NCBI GenBank assembly: GCA_027014065.1
Contig: JALWEL010000144.1
Coordinates: 1-31,305, forward strand
DNA: 31,305 bases
Source: DHVE2 group archaeon
Lineage (GTDB): Archaea > Thermoplasmatota > Thermoplasmata > Thermoplasmatales > Aciduliprofundaceae
Direction: 5' to 3'
The notes below the pieces were generated by a model. The model was given only the letters and a program-made list of their open reading frames with translations. It did no database searches and had not been told where the DNA came from. This document shows positions 1-8,767 of the stretch, piece after piece. Position 1 is the first letter of the stretch; every line of letters starts with the position of its first letter. A program made the translations under genes and the position numbers.

Positions 1-1257
1 CATTATAAGTACTGGAATGTGAATATCAAATTTCCAAGCAAATTTCAAGTTTTGAGCGAGCCGTACATGGCTTTTAAATCTCAAGGGAAATATACGGTCA
101 TTCGAGGAACTCTCGAAGAGGATTTTCCCCTTAGAGTATGGCTCACTTTCAAAGAGCTGAACGGATTTTCGCATTTTCAAGTAGATAATGTGAACTATAA
201 TCTGGAGAAATTCGCGCAGGACGATAACCGCAATGAATCTCTAAGGTACTGGGGCGCGTGGCTCTCAGCCTATCTCGGATACTACGGCATATTTTTTGCT
301 CCATTCCTCTATATATTTATGTATCTGCTTGGTGGAAGGGAGAGAAAAACCAAGGAGATAAAAGAATATGTCATGGTTCCTCCGAGAAGAAGGCCTCCGT
401 GGATAGTGAATTTCATATTCAAAAACGAGGGGGATTACCTTGAGTATAAAGATGCTACTATAGCAACCTTGCTAGATTTCAGGAAGCGGGGACTCATAGA
501 CATAGTTGACGATGGGAAAATAATAAAGTTGAAGGGGGATTATGTGACTCTGGAGGGTTTTGAGGGAGATTTGCTGGGTGTTCTCTACGATTTGAGCGAA
601 AACGGCGAGATAGACCTTGAGAAATTGAAGAGAGATATAGAAGAATTAAAAAAGGGAAGGAGAGAAAGAATAGAAAAAATCTCAAATATAGAGATGGGGG
701 TAATCTCTTGGGCCGAAAATAAAAAGAGATATTGGGAAGAGTTCATAGAGTACCCGCACCATAAATTCATAGAGGGAATGATTTCCGCGGGCATTATCGC
801 AGCTCTGTTCAATTTTCTCTTCGTTATGGCTTTTGCCCAGGATTTCGCGTTTTATTTCATAGTTGCTATAGTATTCTGGTTTCTCTACATGTTTCAGTTC
901 GCGCTCATGTTCTACAAACCCGATGTTCTCGGCCGGTGGAGAAAGGATTATTATGAGGAAAAAATAGAGTGGGACTCATTCAGAAGATTTTTGCACAGTG
1001 AAGAAGAACTGGAGGAAAAATCAAGATTGTTTCCAGAATACATCGACGATTGGCTCATCTACGGCTGGGCCTTGGGTGAGGGCAAGCACGTGGAAAAGGT
1101 TCTGAAGAAAAATTACGAAGATTTAGATATCTTAAATATTGTGGGGGGCCTGAGGAATTACGTGGTCTACATGATTATCCCTGTTTCTTGGAGCGCCACC
1201 GGTGTGGGTGGGGGTGCCATGGGTGGCTTCGGCGGTGGGGGAGCTGGTGCAAGGTGA
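1..1257 (+). CDS. DUF2207-family predicted membrane protein, 5'-truncated by the window edge
   Basis: Frame 1 is open from base 1 (CAT TAT AAG TAC TGG AAT GTG...). It has two hydrophobic TM regions, 'KIEWDSFRRFL', 'DDWLIYGWALG' and the Gly-rich C-terminus GGGAMGGFGGGGAGAR typical of DUF2207 proteins. Confidence 0.8.
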   Translation, partial: HYKYWNVNIKFPSKFQVLSEPYMAFKSQGKYTVIRGTLEEDFPLRVWLTFKELNGFSHFQVDNVNYNLEKFAQDDNRNESLRYWGAWLSAYLGYYGIFFAPFLYIFMYLLGGRERKTKEIKEYVMVPPRRRPPWIVNFIFKNEGDYLEYKDATIATLLDFRKRGLIDIVDDGKIIKLKGDYVTLEGFEGDLLGVLYDLSENGEIDLEKLKRDIEELKKGRRERIEKISNIEMGVISWAENKKRYWEEFIEYPHHKFIEGMISAGIIAALFNFLFVMAFAQDFAFYFIVAIVFWFLYMFQFALMFYKPDVLGRWRKDYYEEKIEWDSFRRFLHSEEELEEKSRLFPEYIDDWLIYGWALGEGKHVEKVLKKNYEDLDILNIVGGLRNYVVYMIIPVSWSATGVGGGAMGGFGGGGAGAR

Positions 1258-1305
1258 TGTCCAAAAAGATATGGTTGAAAGAATAACCACTCAAACCATA
1301 AATGA

Positions 1306-1320
1306 GCGAAAAATATAAAT
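1306..1320 (+). promoter_or_regulatory. Archaeal BRE/TATA promoter of the HU gene
   Basis: GCGAAA followed by AATATAAAT, about 36 nt upstream of ATG 1356. SD-like GGGTG at 1345-1349. Confidence 0.6.
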
Positions 1321-1355
1321 ACATCTTTTTTATTAAGTAATACTGGGTGTTTGAG

Positions 1356-1625
1356 ATGGTTGGCATAACAGAAATTGCGAAACCCGTAGCAAAGAAAACA
1401 GGAATTTCTCAGAAGAAAGCGAGAGAAGTGATAAACGCGTTTTTGGAAGAGGTTGTCAAGCAGGTGGACAGGGGCGAGCGCGTGCGCATTGCAGGCCTCG
1501 GAATATTCGAGCGCCGTGTGCAGAAAGCAAGGAAAGTAAGAAATCCCAGAACGGGCAAGATGATGACAGTCAAGGCAAAGAAGAAATTCGCGTTCAAGCC
1601 AAGTGCGAAGATAAAGTATATCTAA
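1356..1625 (+). CDS. hup: HU-family histone-like DNA-binding protein (Thermoplasma HTa type)
   Basis: MVGITEIAK...AREVINAFLEE...VRIAGLGIFE...ARKVRNPRTGK...KKKFAFKPSAKIK matches the HU/IHF signature and the HTa N-terminus. ATG 1356 is preferred over GTG 1347 because of SD spacing. Confidence 0.95.
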   Translation: MVGITEIAKPVAKKTGISQKKAREVINAFLEEVVKQVDRGERVRIAGLGIFERRVQKARKVRNPRTGKMMTVKAKKKFAFKPSAKIKYI

Positions 1626-1626
1626 A

Positions 1627-1640
1627 TTCTCATTTTTTTA
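1627..1640. terminator. Oligo-T terminator region between the convergent hup and top6A genes
   Basis: T7 run at 1633-1639 directly after the hup stop. The genes converge with a 12-nt gap. Confidence 0.45.
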
Positions 1641-2726
1641 TTTCATCACTCCCAACTCCGTTAATTTTTCGGGGAGGTAGGTGTCTGTAACATAGTCTAA
1701 TCCATACTTTGCCAAAGCCTGTTGCTCAGCTTTCTTCCTTATTTGAAGCATGAGCGTTATTTCTCCGTGCCAGAATGGGGTGTTGAATCTCGGATCTTTC
1801 AGCTCTGCCTGCAAAGCAGCTATATCTCTGTCGTTCAATTTATCCGTGGGCAAGTCGTAATTGAGGATGTCGCTTGCGGTGATTCCTACAAATTCCGCCG
1901 TGGGCGTGGCGAGATATTCGCTTATGTGCGCGGTTTTTATCGCTCCATACGCGATTGAAGCGTATATTCTGAAAGACCACGGATCACCATCGGTGAATAT
2001 GACCACTGGTAACCCTAATTCTTCGTTCATTCTCTTCAGCAATCTCCTCGTGCTCCTGGCGGGCTGTCCCTTGATGTGAACTAAAATCGCGCGAGCTTTC
2101 TCGTCGAATCCGTTCTCAACTAAGCGGTCGAACATACCGCCGGTTTCTATGCCTATAACGAAATCTGCGTCCACATCTTTGAATTTAAGTTTGTCTTTTT
2201 CCACGTAGTACGGTATGAGATAACCGCTGTCTCCAACATCGTCCCTGCAGTTAATTCTCATGGGCTTTCCCTTGCGGTTTATCTCCTCAACAGTTATGTT
2301 CCCTATGACGCTCGCTCCGTCCTCCTCGGGCCTGAGCTTGAAATCTTCTCTCAGATATCCCGTTATAACTTCCAAATCCTCCGCTAACTTGTTGCTCTCG
2401 TCCTGCGAATGGAATTTGGCGAGACCCCAGCCTTCAGAGATGTAGTACATTTCTCTCAGGGTCGATGATTTTTTCGTTTTAATCATCTCTTTAATGAACT
2501 CCATTATGTAGAGGGTTCTGAGAATCATGTATCCTCCGTCCAATTTTTTCGCGCTTCTCGTGATCATGTTTTCCCCGTACTTCCACACCCCCAGCTTGTT
2601 GTTGAACACGATGTTCCCCTTGTGCCTTGCGGCAAGGTGCATTTTAGGAATCTCTCCACGGTTCAGCTGCTCGTATATGTCTTCGGCGATTTCGTACAAT
2701 TTCTTAAGGGCCTCATCACTGCTCAT
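1638..2726 (-). CDS. top6A: DNA topoisomerase VI subunit A
   Basis: 'TLREMYY' with the catalytic Tyr, TOPRIM motifs 'IETGGMF' and 'TDGDPW', and 'KAEQQAL'. SD GGAGGTGG upstream; overlaps the top6B stop. Confidence 0.97.
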   Translation of the reverse strand: MSSDEALKKLYEIAEDIYEQLNRGEIPKMHLAARHKGNIVFNNKLGVWKYGENMITRSAKKLDGGYMILRTLYIMEFIKEMIKTKKSSTLREMYYISEGWGLAKFHSQDESNKLAEDLEVITGYLREDFKLRPEEDGASVIGNITVEEINRKGKPMRINCRDDVGDSGYLIPYYVEKDKLKFKDVDADFVIGIETGGMFDRLVENGFDEKARAILVHIKGQPARSTRRLLKRMNEELGLPVVIFTDGDPWSFRIYASIAYGAIKTAHISEYLATPTAEFVGITASDILNYDLPTDKLNDRDIAALQAELKDPRFNTPFWHGEITLMLQIRKKAEQQALAKYGLDYVTDTYLPEKLTELGVMK

Positions 2727-4617
2727 CTTCTTCCACCTCCTCTATCTCCTCAACGAAGTCCATCTTTATGCCCCAGTCTCCAGGAAGTGGTTCCGCCCCT
2801 ATCACCTTTGATGGATTAATTCCGTCCACGTAGTAATTGGTCTCGCCGTATCCGCCTGCGTTCTTAAGCACTATCTTTTTGTACTGGTAACTCACGGGAT
2901 CGATTTCCACATGCCATTTCACATAATCTTCCACTATTTCTCCATCGGTGTCCACAATTTCCCCTATGGGACAATCCCCGTAAAGCTCGAATTTCTCCTT
3001 TTTCTCGGTGAAGTTTGCGATTCTTACGGTTATTTTTATCATTTTTCCCTCTTTTTCTATTTTCTCGTCGATCCATATAACGTTCATTATCTTCGTGATC
3101 ACCGGCTCCAATTTTGGCACGGGCTTCTCGACGATTTCCGCACTCTTGCGTGCGATCTCGGGCAGTAGCTGATTCACTATGAAGAACTTCTCGCTCAACT
3201 TCTTTTTCCTCTCCTTCTTAACGCGGTACATTTTCAGCTGTCGGCCCAGAGATTTAAGAGCGAGCTCAATCTCCTCTCGAATTTCTGGCACATCAGCTAT
3301 AGCCTCCTTCGCTTCGGATGTGAATGGCACGCGAGTGGAAGCAACATGCACGATTATTATCGCTGGCCCCACGGGAATGCCCTGGCCGCCCCGTTGCTCC
3401 AGCCCGTACCTTCTCCAGTCCACCGAACTAATTGCCTTGGTTATAACGTCTGCACCCTGCTGGTAGAGAAGTGGAACGCGATTTGCGAATCTGAGAATTC
3501 TCACCGGTTGATCCTTTGGAAGCTCTCCCCCGTAAACTATCCCCGCCTCAACTATGAACGGATTTCCGCTGTAAACTTTCGGTTCTCTCGTTATTGGCTG
3601 CGCGTAGAATCCGGGGCGCAGAGAGCCGAGAACGTTTTTCAATCCTTTTTTTATCAGAATTTCCCCAATGGGTGAAAGGCAATCTGTCGGAGGAGCCATC
3701 AATTTTACCTTGGTGAATGCTTCGAGCACACGCCTAGCTTCGCTTAGAGACATGTCCTGCGGGCGCATCTCCCCATAGAGATATGCTATTTTGCAAACTT
3801 TCTCCGCAATCCTCGGGCTCACGCGCGAGAACTCGGATGTTAGGAAGGAAGTGAGGCGATATGCCTTCGTAGCCCTTGCCATGTTTATGAACTCGCCGAG
3901 CTCGATTCCGTGGGGGTGCGGCTTGATTTCTTTCACCGGCGGCGGCAATTCATCGGTGACCCTCTTGAACACAGTTTTTTTATCATCTGGCTCCACGAAG
4001 GTAATTTGAGCATGTGGGTTCACGATGGCCGTCTGCTGCAAGTACTCGTAAACGCTCTGCTTTCCACGATTGTACCTCGCCTTCATTACTACTTCTATCC
4101 TCGTGCCCTGTTCCTTCTCCCAGATTATAGGCTCTTCTTTTATCACTTTTGGCTCGTTCTTCTTCGTGTTAATCGTTAGAAGAACCTCGTAGCCCACTTC
4201 ATCTTCCTTAATCTTCGATATGATTTTCGCGGGTTTTCCGCTGCTCAACTGCCCGTAAAGAACCACGGCGCTTATTCCTATTCCCTGCTGCCCGCGGGAT
4301 TGCCGCAAAGCGTGGAATCGGGAGCCGTATAGCAATTTTCCGAACACGAGGGGTATGTTTTTCCTCACTATTCCCGGGCCGTTATCCTCTACGATCATCT
4401 TGTACTCGTCTTTTCCCACCTGCTCTATTTTAACGAAAATGTCGGGTAGTATGCGAGCCTCCTCGCACGCGTCGAGGGAATTATCCACCGCTTCCTTCAC
4501 GCTCACCACTAATGATTTTGTGAGGGAATCGAATCCTAAAATGTGCTTGTTCTTCTGAAAGAACTCGGCCACGCTTATCTCGCGCTGCTTCTTTGCCATC
4601 TCGTGTGCAATGCCCAT
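2716..4617 (-). CDS. top6B: DNA topoisomerase VI subunit B with a C-terminal Ig-like extension
   Basis: GHKL motifs '[10 protein letters not shown]', 'VEDNGPGI', 'SRGQQGIG', plus the transducer 'RFANRVPLL' and 'PFTSEAKE'. Confidence 0.97.
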   Translation of the reverse strand: MGIAHEMAKKQREISVAEFFQKNKHILGFDSLTKSLVVSVKEAVDNSLDACEEARILPDIFVKIEQVGKDEYKMIVEDNGPGIVRKNIPLVFGKLLYGSRFHALRQSRGQQGIGISAVVLYGQLSSGKPAKIISKIKEDEVGYEVLLTINTKKNEPKVIKEEPIIWEKEQGTRIEVVMKARYNRGKQSVYEYLQQTAIVNPHAQITFVEPDDKKTVFKRVTDELPPPVKEIKPHPHGIELGEFINMARATKAYRLTSFLTSEFSRVSPRIAEKVCKIAYLYGEMRPQDMSLSEARRVLEAFTKVKLMAPPTDCLSPIGEILIKKGLKNVLGSLRPGFYAQPITREPKVYSGNPFIVEAGIVYGGELPKDQPVRILRFANRVPLLYQQGADVITKAISSVDWRRYGLEQRGGQGIPVGPAIIIVHVASTRVPFTSEAKEAIADVPEIREEIELALKSLGRQLKMYRVKKERKKKLSEKFFIVNQLLPEIARKSAEIVEKPVPKLEPVITKIMNVIWIDEKIEKEGKMIKITVRIANFTEKKEKFELYGDCPIGEIVDTDGEIVEDYVKWHVEIDPVSYQYKKIVLKNAGGYGETNYYVDGINPSKVIGAEPLPGDWGIKMDFVEEIEEVEEDEQ

Positions 4618-4638
4618 TGGCTTTGGATTGCCATGTTT

Positions 4639-4690
4639 TATTTAAAAATTCCCTTTTTCCGCTTTAAAGGGATTTACCGCTAAATATAAA
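4639..4690. promoter_or_regulatory. Divergent TATA boxes for top6BA (minus) and the 4715 operon (plus)
   Basis: TTTAAATA on minus (4639-4646) about 22 nt before ATG 4617. AATATAAA on plus (4683-4690) about 25 nt before GTG 4715. Spacing suggests leaderless mRNAs. Confidence 0.5.
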
Positions 4691-4714
4691 TACTCCCAGC
4701 GCATAATTTTAAGC

Positions 4715-5425
4715 GTGAAGGTTGGTTTGATGTTCGATGACAAGCGGCTTGAGTACAGGGTCATGAGTGCACTGAGCCAGCGCGGGATACCCTTCACAAT
4801 TCTAAAAGACACCATAGATTTTTCGGGGCCTGTTGTGAGCGATGTTCCCCGCGGCTCAGATGAGATTTTGGTGGATGACGAGATGGTTGGAGTGAGAAGG
4901 GTTATTTCCTACATGCACGGAAAGAAGAGATTTTCGAGGGTTGTCGTAGGCATCGACCCCGGGCCCAAGCCGGGAATTGCGGTGGTAGGAGATGGAATAG
5001 TGGTGGAAGAGATTCATCTGAGCGATGTTTCCGAAACTAAGGAAGAGGTAGATTCGATTTATCGGGGCTATTCCCCCATCAGATTTTTGGTGCGGGTTGG
5101 AGACGGGGACATAGTAAACAGAAACAGGATTGTCAATTCTTTAGTGGAAGATTACGAAATAGAGTTGGTGGATGAGAGGAACACGACAACGAGCATAACC
5201 AACAGGGATGTTGTTTCGGCTAAGAATATAGCTTTCTCGCATGGAAGAATCATAAGGAACAAGATAAACACCGTGGTTAAAGAAGGGTATCTGCGTGAGA
5301 TACAGAGAAGGAGCAGAATAGAGAGCAGGGGGCAGGTTACTATCCCCAAAGAGCTTGCGAAAAAGGTTGCCCTCGGAGAGATAACTTTGAACAAGGCCAT
5401 TGAACTCACGAGGGAAAGCAGATGA
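4715..5425 (+). CDS. Uncharacterised protein with an RNase H-fold (YqgF/RuvC-like) central domain
   Basis: 'VVVGIDPGPKPGIAVVG', 'ELVDERNTT' and 'DVVSAKNIA' resemble the YqgF/RuvX acidic motifs. There is an additional N-terminal domain and a helical C-terminal domain. Confidence 0.6.
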   Translation: MKVGLMFDDKRLEYRVMSALSQRGIPFTILKDTIDFSGPVVSDVPRGSDEILVDDEMVGVRRVISYMHGKKRFSRVVVGIDPGPKPGIAVVGDGIVVEEIHLSDVSETKEEVDSIYRGYSPIRFLVRVGDGDIVNRNRIVNSLVEDYEIELVDERNTTTSITNRDVVSAKNIAFSHGRIIRNKINTVVKEGYLREIQRRSRIESRGQVTIPKELAKKVALGEITLNKAIELTRESR

Positions 5426-5751
5426 AAAGAGAAGATGCCATGAAAAAAATAGATGACCTTGCCAACGTCGTGGTAACGGAAATTCCGGAAGTTATTGTAA
5501 TAGGTGGGAAAGAATACCCTATAAAAGATGATGTAACCCGGGGAAATAGGGAAGAAATGCTCGTGAAATACGTGGAGATATACGAAAATATTCGGGACGA
5601 AATCCGGGATATGGATGATGTTCCAGAGGAATTGGTGAAGATTGCGCTGATTTTAAGGAGAGCGATAATATTTCTCAAAGATTTCAGGCAGAGCGATGAA
5701 ATCGAAGATAAGAGGAGATGGATGGAGTATATCAAAAGGGTGGGACTATGA
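5422..5751 (+). CDS. Conserved archaeal hypothetical protein (DUF5788-like)
   Basis: ATGA overlap with the previous gene. 'EIPEVIVIGGKEYPIK' and the C-terminal 'EDKRRWMEYIKRV' resemble DUF5788. Confidence 0.6.
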   Translation: MKREDAMKKIDDLANVVVTEIPEVIVIGGKEYPIKDDVTRGNREEMLVKYVEIYENIRDEIRDMDDVPEELVKIALILRRAIIFLKDFRQSDEIEDKRRWMEYIKRVGL

Positions 5752-6791
5752 ATATAATGGTGGCTCACAACCCCACACACGTGTATCACAATCTCAAGGG
5801 AAGCCCGGAGTCGCCGGAGAGAATAGAGAGTGTTTACAAATATTTGAAGATGAAATTGCAGGGTAAAATTGAATTTTTGGAGGTGAGAGAGCCGGCCGAT
5901 CTCGAAGAAGTGTTAGCTGTTCACACCCCGCAGTACTTGGAATTTTTGGAGAGAATGTCCATGCGTGGGAACACATATTTAGGAGATAGCACGTATTTGA
6001 ATAATTATTCGTACATGGCGGCACTTATCGCAGCGGAGACTAGCATTGAAGCAAGCGATGCAGTGATCCGAGCGGATCATGATTTATCCTACGCTTTGAT
6101 TAGGCCTCCGGGCCACCACGCCAGCGCTGACATGTATGGGGGATATTGCCTCTTGAACAACGCCGCCATTACCGCCAAGCATGTGATGGAAAGAGGATTG
6201 AGGAAGATTGCGATAATAGATTGGGACGCCCACGCGGCAAACGGAACAATGAAGATATTCTATCCCTCCAAAGATGTTTTGTTGATATCCATACATAGAG
6301 ACCCCAGTGATTTTTATCCCCACGAGGGGTTCATACATCAAATTGGTCGTGGAGAAGGTACGGGATACACGGTGAATATACCTGTCCCCAAGGGTACCGG
6401 CGATGTGGAGTACCGAATGATTTTCGATGAAATCATAGATCCAATAATAAAGGATTTCAATCCCGATTTCATCATAGGAGAGAATGGATTCGATCCCCAT
6501 TATTCGGAGCGAGGAGTGGGGTTATCTCTCACAATCGGGGGGTTTGTGGATATTGTGAAAAGGTTGAAATCGTATGGAAAGATGTTCATGCTGGTGCAAG
6601 AAGGGGGATACAACCCCAAAAATAAGGATATAGCGTACGCGATGCTAAGCTCGCTACTTGGAGAGGGGGTGGAAGTGGAGAACTACAACATGTCAGAGCG
6701 GCTCACTGCGGGTAATCGTGTGAGAAAGGAGGTGGAAGAAACTATAAATAAATTGAAGTTCATCTTCGGAGATTATTTCGATGTGGGGTGA
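5748..6791 (+). CDS. Zn-dependent histone deacetylase / AcuC-family amidohydrolase
   Basis: PESPERI, RPPGHHA, GGYCLLNNAAI, DWDAHAANGT, GxGxGxGYTVNIP, GFDPH and QEGGY. The start at ATG 5748 overlaps the upstream TGA (ATGA). Confidence 0.92.
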   Translation: MNIMVAHNPTHVYHNLKGSPESPERIESVYKYLKMKLQGKIEFLEVREPADLEEVLAVHTPQYLEFLERMSMRGNTYLGDSTYLNNYSYMAALIAAETSIEASDAVIRADHDLSYALIRPPGHHASADMYGGYCLLNNAAITAKHVMERGLRKIAIIDWDAHAANGTMKIFYPSKDVLLISIHRDPSDFYPHEGFIHQIGRGEGTGYTVNIPVPKGTGDVEYRMIFDEIIDPIIKDFNPDFIIGENGFDPHYSERGVGLSLTIGGFVDIVKRLKSYGKMFMLVQEGGYNPKNKDIAYAMLSSLLGEGVEVENYNMSERLTAGNRVRKEVEETINKLKFIFGDYFDVG

Positions 6792-6795
6792 TTTT

Positions 6796-7092
6796 ATGTT
6801 AAAAATAAAGAGGTACATGCTGTCCAAGGACGAAATGGCAGAGGCAATGGAATATTTTAAAGGAGAGAGAATGAGGTACTACATTTATTCCTACAAAATA
6901 CACAAAGGTAGAAAATGGGTCACGTTAGTGAGGTTAGATAACTTGGATGGAATGGAACATATGGACATTTACGACGAGAACGGGAATTACATGGAGACCC
7001 GGGAATTTCCCCGCAAGAAATTCGATGATTTCGTGAAAATAGTGAAAACTTTCCGGCGAAACATAATCGCGGTGGACATCTCCAATCTGTGA
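6796..7092 (+). CDS. Small protein, putative toxin (DUF6516/TumE-like)
   Basis: 'KWVTLVRLDNLDGMEHMDIY' resembles the R(Y)DNxHGxxHxH motif of TumE/DUF6516-like proteins. It lies directly upstream of an HTH gene. SD GGGGTGA precedes ATG 6796. Confidence 0.5.
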   Translation: MLKIKRYMLSKDEMAEAMEYFKGERMRYYIYSYKIHKGRKWVTLVRLDNLDGMEHMDIYDENGNYMETREFPRKKFDDFVKIVKTFRRNIIAVDISNL

Positions 7093-7101
7093 GGTGAAAA
7101 A

Positions 7102-7536
7102 ATGAAGTTAATTTTAAAGAGGATTTACCGGGAAGAGGACATTGAAATTCTTAGAAAGGCAATAAGGAGAAAGTACGGGAGAATGGAGAAAATAAAAAAG
7201 CTGATGCAAATCAAAAAATGTGCCATGCCTGATTTAGGAGAGGCATACCTTATGAAACTCGCAATAGATGAAGGCTCTGGGATTGAGGAAGAAGTTATTA
7301 TCGAAGATAGGAAAGTTCTGAACCACCTGAGCGCAAAGCGGTTCGAATTAATGGAATTTCTAAACAAAAACAATCCCATGTCTTTAAAAGAACTGGCAGG
7401 AAAATTGGGGAGAGACTACAAAAATGTGTACGACGACGTATCTTCTCTTAGTAATTATTTCGTGGTCAACGTGATCAAATTCGGCCGTGAGACCGTTCCG
7501 GTGGGGATCGTTGAAAGCATGCAAATTCGGGTATAA
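7102..7536 (+). CDS. Winged-HTH DNA-binding protein (HVO_A0114-like), putative antitoxin
   Basis: 'LSAKRFELMEFL...SLKELAGKLGRDYKNVYDDVSSL...GRETVP' matches the HVO_A0114-type wHTH. SD GAGGTGA. Confidence 0.75.
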   Translation: MKLILKRIYREEDIEILRKAIRRKYGRMEKIKKLMQIKKCAMPDLGEAYLMKLAIDEGSGIEEEVIIEDRKVLNHLSAKRFELMEFLNKNNPMSLKELAGKLGRDYKNVYDDVSSLSNYFVVNVIKFGRETVPVGIVESMQIRV

Positions 7537-7543
7537 TTACAAT

Positions 7544-7637
7544 TTACACCATAGAAAAAAATCAACATGCTGGCCAATTTATTTACTAATTACACCATAT
7601 GTTTTGGTATGGTGAAAAACGCAGAAACATTTATATA
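7544..7637 (+). promoter_or_regulatory. Promoter of the KaiC/V4R operon with a palindromic operator-like element
   Basis: TATA box TTTATATA at 7630-7637. Inverted repeat CACCATA(7593-7599)-N8-TATGGTG(7608-7614). Extra direct copy of TTACACCATA at 7544-7553. Confidence 0.6.
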
Positions 7638-7661
7638 GAGATATGTGATATGACATATTGC

Positions 7662-7949
7662 ATGTATGCTTACCGCGTTGGAAACATAAAATACAATCTC
7701 AGAGGAATCAAAGGGGAAGTGTGCGGGGGAGATGGAAGTTTATGGATATCTTCAGACTCCATTCTCATCAAAGAGAAATCTAAATGGTTGTACATACAGG
7801 GGAATCATATAAAGGGAGCCAAAATAAAGAAGGAAGCTCTTCTTCTTCGACTTGTCAACGACTCGTCAGTTGAGTTGAATTCTAAGAATGTTTATATTCT
7901 TAATGCACTTTACCATTATATAGAGGGAGCCATATGGAAGAAGGCATAG
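7662..7949 (+). CDS. Small hypothetical beta-rich protein (possibly PH-like fold), first gene of the operon
   Basis: The ORF-track start at 7599 lies upstream of the TATA box. ATG 7662 (or 7650) fits a transcript starting about 25 nt after the TATA box. The sequence shows alternating short beta-strand patterns and a C-terminal helix, and overlaps the next gene. Confidence 0.55.
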   Translation: MYAYRVGNIKYNLRGIKGEVCGGDGSLWISSDSILIKEKSKWLYIQGNHIKGAKIKKEALLLRLVNDSSVELNSKNVYILNALYHYIEGAIWKKA

Positions 7950-8767
7950 CCAGGATCATATACGTGTTCGGTGAATTAACAAAGATGGAAGCTGCCATAA
8001 GTACGGTTATTGCGAAGTCAAAGGTTCCCACCAAAGAGATTCGTATGTTGCTTAAGAGCCATAATCGGCTGCAGGTTGAGCGCACGCCGCTTTTCCAGTA
8101 CATGAGGGATTTCTTCAAGGATATAGGACTTGGTAATTTAAGGTGCGAAGGAATAGAGCCATTTGTACTCACCTTCGGAGTATATGACTCGAAAATACCC
8201 AGATTGTTCGCCGGCACTAAAGGCAAAACATGCTATATAACTGCCGACGCGTTGAAGATGTTTTTCGAGAAGGACATGGATATAATCGTGGAAGTAACCG
8301 AGACAAAGTGCGTAAATGAAGGGGAGGATCATTGCGAATTTGCGGTGAAGATGAACCCCCCGGATGTGCTGAAATACGTGGTTGAAAGCGAGGACATGGA
8401 GATACTCAGAAAAATGAAGGATAATGAAGAAATCGGAAAAGAAGGGGAAGTTCGGATTTTCGATTTGGAAAGATACGGTCTCGTGGAAAACGGAAAAATC
8501 ACCATTTTGGGTGAAAAATATCTGGAGCTTGGTTTATCTCCAGAGGTGGTAGAGGTTGAGCGTCCTTGGAAAAAATTGTCTGAAATATCAGAAGTTACGG
8601 CATCCGCAAAATCATTTGCGGAGGCTTTTTCAAGATCCATAGAGGATGATGTGGAGGAAGTCGATGAGGAGGTTTTGGTGAATGTGGTTGAAGAAACCGA
8701 AAAGAGCAAAAGCTTTGCAGAGTTGGTTGCGAAGTTTATGAAAAAGGAGGTGAAAGATGATGAATAG
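7934..8767 (+). CDS. V4R-domain protein with a C-terminal helical/acidic extension
   Basis: 'FFKDIGLGNL', 'GKTCYITADALKMFF' and 'VTETKCVNEGEDHCEFAV' match the V4R ExxCxxxGxxxCxF signature. SD GAGGGAG. Confidence 0.85.
   Translation: MEEGIARIIYVFGELTKMEAAISTVIAKSKVPTKEIRMLLKSHNRLQVERTPLFQYMRDFFKDIGLGNLRCEGIEPFVLTFGVYDSKIPRLFAGTKGKTCYITADALKMFFEKDMDIIVEVTETKCVNEGEDHCEFAVKMNPPDVLKYVVESEDMEILRKMKDNEEIGKEGEVRIFDLERYGLVENGKITILGEKYLELGLSPEVVEVERPWKKLSEISEVTASAKSFAEAFSRSIEDDVEEVDEEVLVNVVEETEKSKSFAELVAKFMKKEVKDDE

Noticed and set aside
1270-1300. TATGGTT-N17-AACCATA inverted repeat upstream of hup, superficially similar to the 7593-7614 motif
   Set aside because: Opposite arm orientation, different spacing and AT-rich; could easily be chance.
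2716-3100. C-terminal extension of Top6B as a novel domain
   Set aside because: An Ig-like C-terminal domain is already known in euryarchaeal Top6B (for example Methanosarcina mazei).
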